From Octopus sinensis (taxonomy: Eukaryota), in the NCBI RefSeq assembly GCF_006345805.1, contig NW_021832886.1:1-29813 (forward strand): DNA of 29,813 nucleotides. The letters are read 5' to 3'. The first letter of the stretch is position 1, and each line of letters begins with the position of its first letter. The translations under genes were made by a program, and so were the position numbers. The notes under the pieces were generated by a model, which was not told the origin of the DNA, did no database searches, and worked only from the letters and a program-made list of their open reading frames with translations. Positions 1 to 10,515 of this stretch are shown here, one piece after another.

Positions 1-15
1 TACATACATACATAC

Positions 16-46
<31 letters not shown>

Positions 47-245
47 CGTACGTGTGTGTGTGCGTGCATGTGTGTGTGTGTATGTATGCATATACATATA
101 TAATTGTACATATATTAATATTATATATGTATATAAAGTATATTATGTGTATATTATGAGTGTATATCTATATCTACCTATATACCTATTTCTCTGTCTG
201 TCTGTTTGTATATCTATCTATCTATCTATCTATCTGCCTATCTGC

Positions 246-293
<48 letters not shown>

Positions 294-331
294 ATACCTA
301 TTGATGAATGCTTGTATGTGAATATACATAC

Positions 332-362
<31 letters not shown>

Positions 363-520
363 GTGTGTGTTTGAGTGTATGTATGTATATATGTATGCAT
401 TCATATGACCGTATACACGTGTATGTACATGTGTGCATGTGTGTGTTTGTTTGTGTGAGTGTGTGTATGTGTGTGTGTGTGTGCTTGCGTGTGTGTTTAC
501 GTATGTGTTTACGTGCGTGC
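1..520. repeat. Compound microsatellite (TG)n/(TA)n/(TATC)n
   Basis: Directly visible simple repeats; the overlapping ORFs are only CV/YI/IYLS low-complexity translations. Confidence 0.97.
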
Positions 521-816
521 TGAAGTGTGCCAGCTAAACAGAAAATTGAGCGCTTCTATTATGTGAGCTAATTACACAGTTTGAGAAGTTGTAATTAATA
601 GTTTATGGCGTTCGTCCCTGTGGGCCGAATCCAAGGTGCGGTGTCTATTGAATTCCTTTACACACATACACACTGGCGTCTTTACACACACTTATGTGCA
701 AATATGTATATATGTATACATATATATATATATATGTATATGAATATATTTACATATATTTATGTGTGTATGTATGTGTGTGTGTGTGTGTGTATGTGTT
801 TGTGCATGTATGTGTA

Positions 817-966
817 GGCGCAGGTGTGGCTGTGTGTTAAGAAGCTTGCTTTGCAGCCACATGTTTCCGGGTTCGATGCCACTGGAGCCAGTGTGTTATA
901 CTACAGTCTCCGGCCGACCAAAGACATTGAGTTATTGTTAAAAATGAAAATGAATGAAGTCCGTCG
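817..966 (+). mobile_element. SINE group A, head module only, degenerate
   Basis: GGCGCAGGTGTGGCTGTGTG..GGGTTCGATGCCACTG..GGCCGACCAAAG..GAAGTCCGTCG matches the heads at 12295 and 23293 with an internal deletion; it runs straight into (TA)n. Confidence 0.8.
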
Positions 967-1985
<1,019 letters not shown>

Positions 1986-2094
1986 GCAGACATGACAGAA
2001 GTAAATAGACACTTTATAATCATTAACATTAATTTAAATTTTACATTAATTATTCAAGTTATTTAGGATTTGTCATAATGTAAATGTTTAATGT

Positions 2095-2920
2095 TTAGTA
2101 GACATGCTTCTTGCGTTGTTCAATTCAAGGACCCTATTTGGCATGTTAATGATCAGATAACGTATATTCTCTCGAGTTATTTCTTGCCAAGTTCTATGCA
2201 GTAATCTCAAAAGATCTGGCTTTGAAGATGCTCTCTTGTGCTTTTTATGAAGTGCCCTGTCCATTATGCCTCAGATGAGATCAATAGGTTTCACAACTGG
2301 TGACCAACTTGACCATGAAATCTTTCTAATGCCATTCCCGTCCAACAAATCTTGAGTTTTATTTAATCATTTCACCACTGGATAAAATTGGAAGGGGTCC
2401 TTTCTGCAACATGGACGTATATTTATCTGAGTTTTTGTTTCCCTCACACCCCACTAACTCTGATTGACCATTGCTCCAAATTATTCTCCAGACCATCACA
2501 GAATAGCTGCCATGTTTCATTGTTGGTTGCAATCTTTTCACGTCAAATTATTGATGACAGATTCTCCAAACCCACACTCGACCACTGACATAAAATAGAG
2601 CAAATCTGGACGCACTGAAGAATATGGCAGTGTCCCAGAATGTTAGTGGCCTCTCCATCATAACACTGGCCCAATCTTTTCTTCGTTTGATATTGGCTAG
2701 TCAAAGAAGTGGCTTTCTTCTTGCTGTCTGCCATAGTAACCAAGTTTGTGGAGAAATCAGACAGCTGTTCTGGGACTGACATCAACGCGTTCTGCTATGT
2801 CAGAAGTTTTGCAACGAGGATTATCCTCCACATTCTCTTAATAAAGACGAGGGTCTTGTCAGAGAGCCCTGGGCGAGGTGACGAGGACTCCTTTCTCTCT
2901 CCGGTGAATTACACAATCGC
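2095..2920 (-). pseudogene. Tc1/mariner (Tc1-type) transposase remnant with frameshifts and stops
   Basis: Minus-strand translation joined across frameshifts: KRM-EDNPRCKTSDIAERVDVSPRTAV*FLHKLGYYGR-AARRKPLL*LANIKRRKDWASVMMERPLTFWDTAIFF..GRVWVWR..RLQPTMKHGSYSVMVW..KYTSMLQKG..KTQDLLDGNGIRKISWSSWSPVVKPIDLI*GIMDRAL..MPNRV. These match the Tc1 motifs KKPLL, W..VIFSDES, PTVKHGGGSVMVWG and WPxQSPDLNPIE. The QDNAPCH segment is missing and no intact TIR pair was found. Confidence 0.9.
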
Positions 2921-2924
2921 CATA

Positions 2925-3402
2925 TTTTCTACCAGTGGCCAGCATGCATAAAATAGTCAATAGTCAACAAATTCCTCTAATTTTTCTACCCTATATATAT
3001 TTTCATATGATTTTAGTAATTTTGAAGAAAGTCGACAAATATAATTCTATTTGCTGCCGACTATAGCTGCGCTTGCGCAATGGATTCGAAAAATTACAAT
3101 GCATAAATATAAGACATGTGCTCTCTATTTCTCTCATAATTGAACACGGATATTTTATTTGTTCATTAATGTTCGAAAACTAGGTACAAGTGGTAACTAT
3201 TGAAAATGCTTTTATTTTTCATTCCCTTCGAAATTACTCTTGACCATGGTTTGGGCTTTGACTGCTCCTTTTAGCATGTAAGGTGTCCTGTTAAGGTCAC
3301 CGCTTTTGTGCATAATTTTATATGAAAAATATGTTGTCTATTGACTATTTTATGCTTGCTAGCCACTGGTAAAAAAATTCTCTAATTTTTCTACCCTATA
3401 TA
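2925..3402. mobile_element. 405-bp unit flanked by an inverted plus direct repeat (A-D-x-A'-D), putative retroposed non-autonomous element
   Basis: 2925-2969 is the reverse complement of 3332-3376 (41/45). 2975-2997 equals 3380-3402 (23/23). The structure ends in TA repeats and abuts the truncated 5' part of the Tc1 remnant. Confidence 0.6.
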
Positions 3403-3511
3403 CATATATATATAAGCAAAATAATTGAGATTGAGATGAATTAGGTACTTAAGTTGAAGCACCAAATATTAGTACGGTATTATCCGTACAACTTCAAAAT
3501 AAGGTGAATAA

Positions 3512-3670
3512 AATCAAAATAAGCAGCAGGATGTCTAGAGCTAGAGGTTATGCTGTACGACCGTTTCAAGCGGCTCCATTTAATTGAACAACGATTGCAT
3601 TGTTCAATTAAATGGTGCCGCTTGAAACGGTCGTACTACACTTCTGGACATCCTATTGCTTATCTTGATT
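3512..3670. repeat. Fold-back inverted repeat (long hairpin)
   Basis: 3555-3591 pairs with 3600-3636 (36/37, 8-nt loop CGATTGCA). The outer arm 3512-3540 pairs imperfectly with 3641-3670. Confidence 0.92.
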
Positions 3671-3992
3671 GATATATATAAATATGTACCAAAGTAAGCA
3701 CATAAATGTGAAAAATGTTGGGAAAAAATAGTACTCGAATACCGGAGGTAGAGTAATATGCTTTATTATTATTTTAAAGATGCAAAAACATGGCAAAAGT
3801 ATTCCAAAAAACTGCTACTCATTCCCGTTCGTCGGACAGTTTAAATTGTCTGGGGAACGTGAAGGCCATTCAAAGTAGAACTGCTGCAACATCAATAGAG
3901 AAATCAGAGAAGTGTGGTCTGAAACTCTTGGGGGTGTTATGGTGCAAGTTTTGGAAATAGGACGGGCTCGCCAAGACGAGAAATGCCGCTAT

Positions 3993-4703
3993 ATAAAAGT
4001 AAATAAATGGTACAACGAAGCACCGATATTTACTGGAAAATAGCGAACCTAATAAATACGACGCTAATGTATAACTTCACTGCGTATGTACTAGTAAAGA
4101 TGCGTGTGTGCAACAAACATGAAAAAAATTGTCTTACCTCTAGGAAGAACATCTGAAAAATGAAAAACCTAGATAACGGATAATGCAGTACCGGTTTCGG
4201 ATTTTATGTATAATTTTACCCTCACGGGCTATCCTATACTGGAAAGCAATACTCTCGTATTGCATTACTATTTTCATTGAAACTTCTTCACTGTTCTCGT
4301 TCTGTTAACGTTTTGGCGTTCAGACAAGTGTACTGGCATAGATGTGGCAACATTTGAAATATTGTCGAGGTTTATGCAGCTGATGAAGATAAATCAAATA
4401 TACGTTTGGCAAGCGTATTTTGAAAAATCCGAAACCGGTACTGCATTATCTGTTTCTAGGTTTTTCATTTTTCAGATGTTCTTCCTAGAGGTAAGACAAT
4501 TTTTTTCATGTTTGTTGCACACACGCATCTTTACTAGTACATACGCAGTGAAGTTATACATTAGCGTCGTATTTATTACGTTCGCTATTTTCCAGTAAAT
4601 ATCGGTGCTTCGTTGTACCATTTATTTACTTTTATGTATAATTTTACCCTCACGGGCTATCCTTTACTGGAAAGCAATACTCTCGTATTGCATTACTATT
4701 TTC

Positions 4704-4706
<3 letters not shown>
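3993..4706 (+). mobile_element. Miniature hammerhead-containing (Penelope-like / retrozyme-like) retroelement, 428-bp unit with 5' inversion
   Basis: 3993-4205 is the reverse complement of 4424-4635 (about 98% by eye). 4202-4278 equals 4630-4706 (76/77), giving a period of 428. Hammerhead motif at 4374-4446; (TA)n begins at 4707; no credible ORF. Confidence 0.78.
4374..4446 (+). ncRNA. Type I hammerhead ribozyme motif with minimal palindromic stem III
   Basis: ATGCAG (stem I, 4374-4379), CTGATGA (4380-4386), stem II 4387-4430 (GAT/ATC plus TCAAATATACG/CGTATTTTGA), GAAA (4431-4434), CCGG, TA (4439-4440), CTGCAT (stem I', 4441-4446). All core nucleotides are in the correct order. Confidence 0.82.
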
Positions 4707-4745
<39 letters not shown>

Positions 4746-4753
4746 TATATATA

Positions 4754-4970
4754 CAGGCTTGCCTATAAATTACCTAAATTGAACCGCCACTTTTCAGTCC
4801 ACCGGTTTGGGAAGGTTTCATTGTAAAACTCCCGAGAACTCAACTTCTAATAGGACGACAAACCATCTTATTGGAAAATAATTGTTGCTTGCAAGTGGTG
4901 CAACGGGTTACAGAGTCACACAATTTTTTTCTTCTGAAACCTTGAAATTTAAAGGTAATTTATGAACACC

Positions 4971-4973
<3 letters not shown>
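4754..4973. mobile_element. Tc1/mariner-type MITE, with an extra right-end copy at 5139-5159
   Basis: TA|CAGGCTTGCCTATAAATTACCT at the left; AGGTAATTTATGAACACCTTG at 4953-4973; AAGTAATTTATGGACATCCTG|TA at 5139-5161. All fit a TA-CAGG(G)TGTCCATAAATTAC-type TIR. Confidence 0.6.
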
Positions 4974-5030
<57 letters not shown>

Positions 5031-5393
5031 GAGAGAGAGTTCCATTATATCTGTTTCTAAACCCACATACAATACGTGTGAATGAAGAAGCGCAAATTTT
5101 AACTGGTACAACAAACTTCTGGTATTTTGGCGTTATAAAAGTAATTTATGGACATCCTGTATATGCATCTGTATGTGTATGTGTTTGTGTGTGTGTGTGT
5201 ATCTTAATAATATCTTTTGCTTCACTCACATACATGAGAGTTAAGAAACATATATTATAAGAATACGTACATACGTCTCAGCTATATGTGTATATGCATG
5301 TACATGGGAAAATCAAGTGGGTGACAGAATATGATTGGCGTTGGGTAACGTTGAAGTTAACAATAATAGAATTTTGCGTACATGTATATCTAT

Positions 5394-5428
<35 letters not shown>

Positions 5429-5611
5429 CTATCTATCTATCTATCTATCTATATATATATATATATATATATATCAATCTATCAATCTATCTGTCTATCT
5501 ATCTATCTATCCAGTTATCTTTCTTTCTCTTTCTACACACATAAATATATATACACATCGTTCTCTCTCTCTCTTTCTCTCTCTCTCTTCTCCCTCTCTC
5601 TCTCTCTCTCT

Positions 5612-5662
<51 letters not shown>

Positions 5663-5865
5663 ATTGAGGTAATCAGATCAGATGGTTCATATTTGTAGAT
5701 ATTTATTTATATATTACATTTTTTACATATATATCATATCATTCGGATTAGCGCTTGCTCCCATTCTAGTGGGTTTTAATACCTGTACATCATCTCCAAA
5801 CCTTCGATATATATATATATATATATACACATACATACATATATATATATACATACATAGATACA

Positions 5866-5903
<38 letters not shown>

Positions 5904-6092
5904 TTATATATATACATATGTATACATACATACATGCATACGTACATACATACATACATACATACATACATACATACATACATACGCGAACACATTATTT
6001 TGTCTTGACATTAATCTCTCCGGATGTCTGTTTAGGAGTGTACCAGTGTTAGTGTGTTTGCTTGTATTTACTGTTTGCTTGTTTGTTAGTAC

Positions 6093-6132
<40 letters not shown>

Positions 6133-6250
6133 TCAAGTGTGTGTGCGTATGCATACCAACAGCGACACGAACAGCCGTCAGGCGAAACTCGAGTAACCAG
6201 TAGTGTTTTATATATATTAAAACCGCGCACGCAAACGAGTGCGCGCGCGT

Positions 6251-6297
<47 letters not shown>

Positions 6298-6312
6298 GTG
6301 TGTGTGTGTGTA
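4974..6312. repeat. Microsatellite field (TG)n,(AG)n,(TATC)n,(TC)n,(TA)n,(CATA)n with short unique spacers
   Basis: Directly visible. Confidence 0.93.
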
Positions 6313-6321
6313 TGATATTAT

Positions 6322-6450
6322 ACGTCATCATCCGGTTTAGCTGCTTGCACGGGTTCTCCCGACTCTCTGTCGCCATCCAGTTCTTTTTGAATTTGAATTG
6401 GGGTCTTGAGTCAAAAGAAATCTTTCATTAGCTGATGACAACCTTAGACG
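6322..6450 (-). mobile_element. Possible 3' end of an RTE-clade LINE, highly decayed
   Basis: Minus strand gives HQLMKD..(frameshift)..RTGWRQRVGRTRASS* followed by GATGATGAC, resembling the RTE C-terminus (..DQL..D..DR.GWR.RV..RA.S) and a short-repeat tail. Weak. Confidence 0.35.
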
Positions 6451-8010
6451 CTGTTGCTAATTATGTGTATCAGTTACTCTCTTGATACAGTTTGGTGATC
6501 CTGAATCACTATCGGCTCAGTTGATCTCATCCACTTCTGCTTCACAATATGCCATGCTGCAGTTCCAAAACTTCAACTTATCCTTGGCCTGGCAGGGTAG
6601 CTGAACAGGATCTATGCCTTGTCAAAGGGCAGCCCCTAACTATGAAGTGCACAGTTATCATTCTATGGGGTACTTTTGAAAATATTCGCATACCCTTTAT
6701 ACATGAATACAATTACGCAATCATAAATATAAGGAAAAGAAAGTACAATTCACTTACTTGAATATGAGAACCCAATATTTATCCTGAATTAGAGCAGTCT
6801 GCTATTTGGACCATATTCCGTTTCCGCTTGTTTTCACTGTCTTTTCGAGGCCTAATTCCTTCTTCCCTATAAGGACCTCGTCCACGTGGCTCTTCTCTTG
6901 CTCGTCTAGCAGAGGTCTAAATAGCTACTCTGTATTACAAAGAAATTTATCACCATTCCGGAACATTAAGTTTGGAGTCATTCTTTTGTCGTAGCCTCTT
7001 CCCTATTTTGCCATCTGGTTTATCCTACCACATTCTCTAGTCTCTGTTCAATTTTATCCTCAAAATGCTTTGGAATGATACAACTGGAATGGGCCCTCAG
7101 CTTTTCGTCTTTGACTCTCAACATTGAGGACTAAACTACTATTCTCACCAACCAAAATTTTGTGTCCAATAGTTCTCTGGAAACATCAGCTTCTGTAACA
7201 TTCTGGCATGGTTCCTACTTTTACAGCTCTGACCCATTTTATTTCTTTCTCAACTCGTTCACCTCCTCAGGACCAAAAGCCCACATGTATCTCCTGCTAT
7301 GATACTTGTAGTTACTAGGCTTTCTGTGCTGTACAGCCAAACTAATAAGTTCTCGTTCTGCGCCCGCGGTGATTAATGATCCAAGGTGGTTTTGTGGTCT
7401 TCTTGGGGTCATCAGGACTTGCATGTCTGCGCATACTGCAGTTGACTTCAAGTCGGTTTTGATTCTTCGTTTACACTTTGGCAAAGAACTGTGAAGAAAA
7501 CAACGAACCAGGTAAAGTACTCTGTAAAAGTGACAACGAAGCAATATTTAACGAACACTGCCAATGTCCTCCCCCTCTCTCTCTTACTCTTTCTGTGTGA
7601 TCTTTGCATTTTTCAGCCTCATGTATTGTGTAACTATACAATGGGCAGGAGCGTATCGCACCAACTGAACTTTGCCCCGTCCTCGATCTCAGAAGCCGTG
7701 AACTCTTTTCTATATATTCCACACAAGTCGATGGAAACACCATCAGACAGGGCTTCATTCAACTGTGATTTTATGTATTTATGAAAGCTCCAACTGCATT
7801 AGCGAAACAGACGTATGACAAATAAGTTTCGAAGCTTACCATGGTAAAATAATATAATAAATATATTATTTTTAAAGAGAGTAAAGTATAAATTCCTAAT
7901 GCAGCCAGATCCCAGTGGAAAACAATAACAAGAACATCAACGGTCATTGTCTGTAATGTCGGCGAAAGTATTGAAAATTGATAAGAGGAAATTGATGCAT
8001 TTAAATGGGC

Positions 8011-8100
8011 TTCACTGGTACTATATATCATCGACCCCGGAGGAGCGAAAGGCATAATTCACCTCAGCTGTATTTGAACTCAGAGAGTAAAACAAATCGG
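8011..8100 (-). mobile_element. SINE group C fragment, degenerate
   Basis: CACTGGTACT..ATCGACCCCGG..GAAAGGCA..ACCTC..ATTTGAACTCAG matches the reverse complement of the group C core. Confidence 0.65.
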
Positions 8101-8242
8101 AAGAAACAACGCTTGTCATTTTTTCAGATGTCCTCGCGGTTCTGGAAATTCTTCGTCCTTATGCCAACGTACCATATATAACAGCATATACAAGCAAACA
8201 TACATACACATAAACACATACATGAATATATATATATATGAA

Positions 8243-8364
<122 letters not shown>

Positions 8365-8404
8365 CATAGACATTTATATAAATACATAAATATATATAAA
8401 TATC

Positions 8405-8586
8405 TCTTTCTGCTTACTCTGAGTGTATGTTGTGTGTATGTATATGTATGTATGTATGTATGTATTTATGTATATATATATATATATATATACACATATA
8501 TACATACATATACACATATACATACGCACATACATACATATACACATATACATACACACAACATACACTCAGGGTAAGCAGAAAGA
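8405..8586. repeat. Inverted repeat centred on a TATG/TA/CATA microsatellite
   Basis: 8405-8447 is the reverse complement of 8544-8586 (42/43), including the non-simple sequence TCTTTCTGCTTAC(T/C)CTGAGTG. Confidence 0.88.
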
Positions 8587-8994
8587 TACAGAGATAACTA
8601 TACAATTATACCCACGCAAGGATTATTAGTCTGGTAGTAATGGGAAGCTTATGTTCCATGGTGTGTGTGTGTGTGTGAATATATGTGTGTGTGTATTCGT
8701 GTCTGACTTAATATTTCTGTTTGCCTCGACTAATGATGGATGGAGGAAAGAGTGGTCATGGCGGGTGTAAAAGTCGTTTGATTGATTGTAGTTAATAAAA
8801 GGTTGGCGCTCTATCGATTAAAATCCGACTGAGGTTAGAGATGCGATAGATAGATACCATTGACATAACTTCAGTATCAGTTCTGTCAACAGAATTGCTG
8901 TTTGGTATGTTGATACCGACGAGACTGAATTGCCTTTCACACTTGCTCTGTCTCCATATCTCTCTACGTATGTCATTATTCAGTTTTATTTCAC

Positions 8995-9442
8995 GATTAT
9001 TTGCCAGTAAAGAAAGAGCCGGTTTCTAACCTAGATCCAAGGTTCCTTCATTAGAATTTCAACAATATCAGCAAGATATGTTTGTATGTATGTATATGTG
9101 CAGATTTGTATTTTGCTTTGCGTATGTATTTTCATGCATATTGCATGACTAAATATGCTTATGTATATTTAAATGATAAACTTGTAGAAAGTTTTACAGA
9201 TTTTTACAGTTCTGGTGATGGATTGGATCTGAAGTCTTCGAATCAGCTTTCTCCTTTTTTGGTTTTGAGAAACTTAATTTCTCAAGACTGATATTTAGGC
9301 AGTATGTTACATATCCCAGCGCCCCAATAATGAAAAGTATAAATTTCGACTTACTGTCTGGATAGAGTAACTACATATATCTCAATAGTTCAGTGTAGGT
9401 ATTCTCTTTTTCACTATCTTCAGTTTTGTGTTAAAACATCCG
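8995..9442 (-). mobile_element. 3' fragment of an RLE-type (R4/Dong-like) non-LTR retrotransposon
   Basis: Minus strand, about 9420-9169, after one frameshift: KENTYTELLRYM*LLYPDSKSKFILFIIGALGYVTYCLNISLEKLSFSKPKRRKLIRRLQIQSITRTVKICKTFYKFII*. This fits the K..KY..L / P.IIGALG / LQ...GT..I C-terminus of restriction-like-endonuclease LINEs and is followed by a 3' UTR. Confidence 0.75.
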
Positions 9443-9502
9443 TATGTATGAGTGTGTGTGCGTGTGTGTGTGTCCGTCTTTGTGTGTACGTACGTATGTC
9501 AT

Positions 9503-9912
9503 TCTCTTTACTCTCTCTCTCTCTTTTACTTGTTTCAGTCATTTGACTGCGGACGTGCTGGAGCACAGCCTTTAGTCGAGCAAATCGACCCCAGGACTTA
9601 TTTTTTGTAAGCCTCGTACTTATAGCGGTCTCTTTTGCCGAATCGGTAAGTTACGGGGACGTAAACACACCACCATCGGTTGTCAAGCGATGTTGGGGGT
9701 AGAAGCACAGACATACAAACATACACACACATACATATATACATATGTCCGACGGGCTTCTTTCAGCTTCCATCTACCAAATCCACTCACAAGGCTTTGG
9801 TTGGCCCGAGGCTATAGTAGAAGACGCTTGCCCTAGGTGCCACGCAGTGGGAATGAACCCGAAACCATGTGGTTCGTTAGCAAGCTACTTACCACACAGC
9901 CACTCTTGCGCC
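9503..9912 (-). mobile_element. SINE group A, full composite (head + internal microsatellite + tail)
   Basis: Reverse complement of the 23293-23738 type; a partial extra copy of the 5' end lies at 9914-9940. Confidence 0.92.
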
Positions 9913-9944
9913 TAGCTACTTACCACGCAGCCATTCCTGTTTCT

Positions 9945-10455
9945 TAAGAATTCTTCAGTTCTTCAGTGTTTTAAGAATTCTTGCCAATAGAGGAGTCGCT
10001 TTCTATCCTAAATCCAAAGCTCCTTCAATGGAATTTCAACAACATCAACAGGTTATTTTTGCATGTATGTGCGTATATGTGCAGTGTTTGGAGTTAGTGG
10101 ATGGCCAGCTCTGTATGTTTTGCTTTATGAATGTATTCTCATGTATATAGTTAAACTTCTGGAAGAATGTTTTACAGATTGTTGCTGCTCCAGTGATAGG
10201 TTAAAGCTGTAGTCTTAGGGCGGCGAGCTGGCATAAACGCTAGCACGCGGAACGAGATGCTTAGCGATATTTCGCTTGTCTTTACGTTCCGATTTCAAAT
10301 TCCACCAGGTCAAATTTGCCTTTCATCCTTTCGCTGCTGGATAAATTAAGTACCAGTTGCGTACTGGGATAGATCTAATCAACTGGCTCCCTCACCAAAA
10401 TGTCGGGCCTCGTGCCTAGAGTAGAAAAGAGCTGTAGTCTTTGAATCAGCTTATG
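9945..10455 (-). mobile_element. Second, more diverged RLE-type LINE 3' fragment interrupted by a SINE
   Basis: Aligns to 9000-9250 (CTAAATCCAAAGCTCCTTCAATGGAATTTCAACAA; TTTTACAGATT..CCAGTGAT..GTAGTCTTTGAATCAGCT). Confidence 0.7.
10217..10429 (+). mobile_element. SINE group C (Nin/Deu-domain-like core) with 12-bp TSD
   Basis: GGCGGCGAGCTGGCA head and TTTCATCCTTTCG..GATAAATTAAGTACCAG core; TSD AGCTGTAGTCTT at 10205-10216 and 10430-10441. Confidence 0.92.
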
Positions 10456-10515
10456 CGTTCATGTATGTATGTATGTAATAATATAAATAATATATATATA
10501 TATATATATATATAT

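Noticed and set aside
2975-3402. Direct repeats as the IR/DR terminal structure of the Tc1 element
   Set aside because: No matching inverted end was found on the other side of the transposase (about 2000-2095), and the geometry matches the 3993-4706 element better; not fully excluded.
4344-4598. 84-aa ORF across the ribozyme unit
   Set aside because: No recognisable motif; it overlaps the hammerhead and inverted repeat, so it is probably incidental.
7385-7400. Minus-strand CTGATGA (also plus 6432 and minus about 17364)
   Set aside because: No correctly placed GAAA or flanking stems.
6760-7800. Repeat-poor stretch with 60-100 aa ORFs, possible exons or LINE ORF
   Set aside because: No recognisable protein motif in the frames I translated and frequent stops; a tblastx/Dfam search would be needed.
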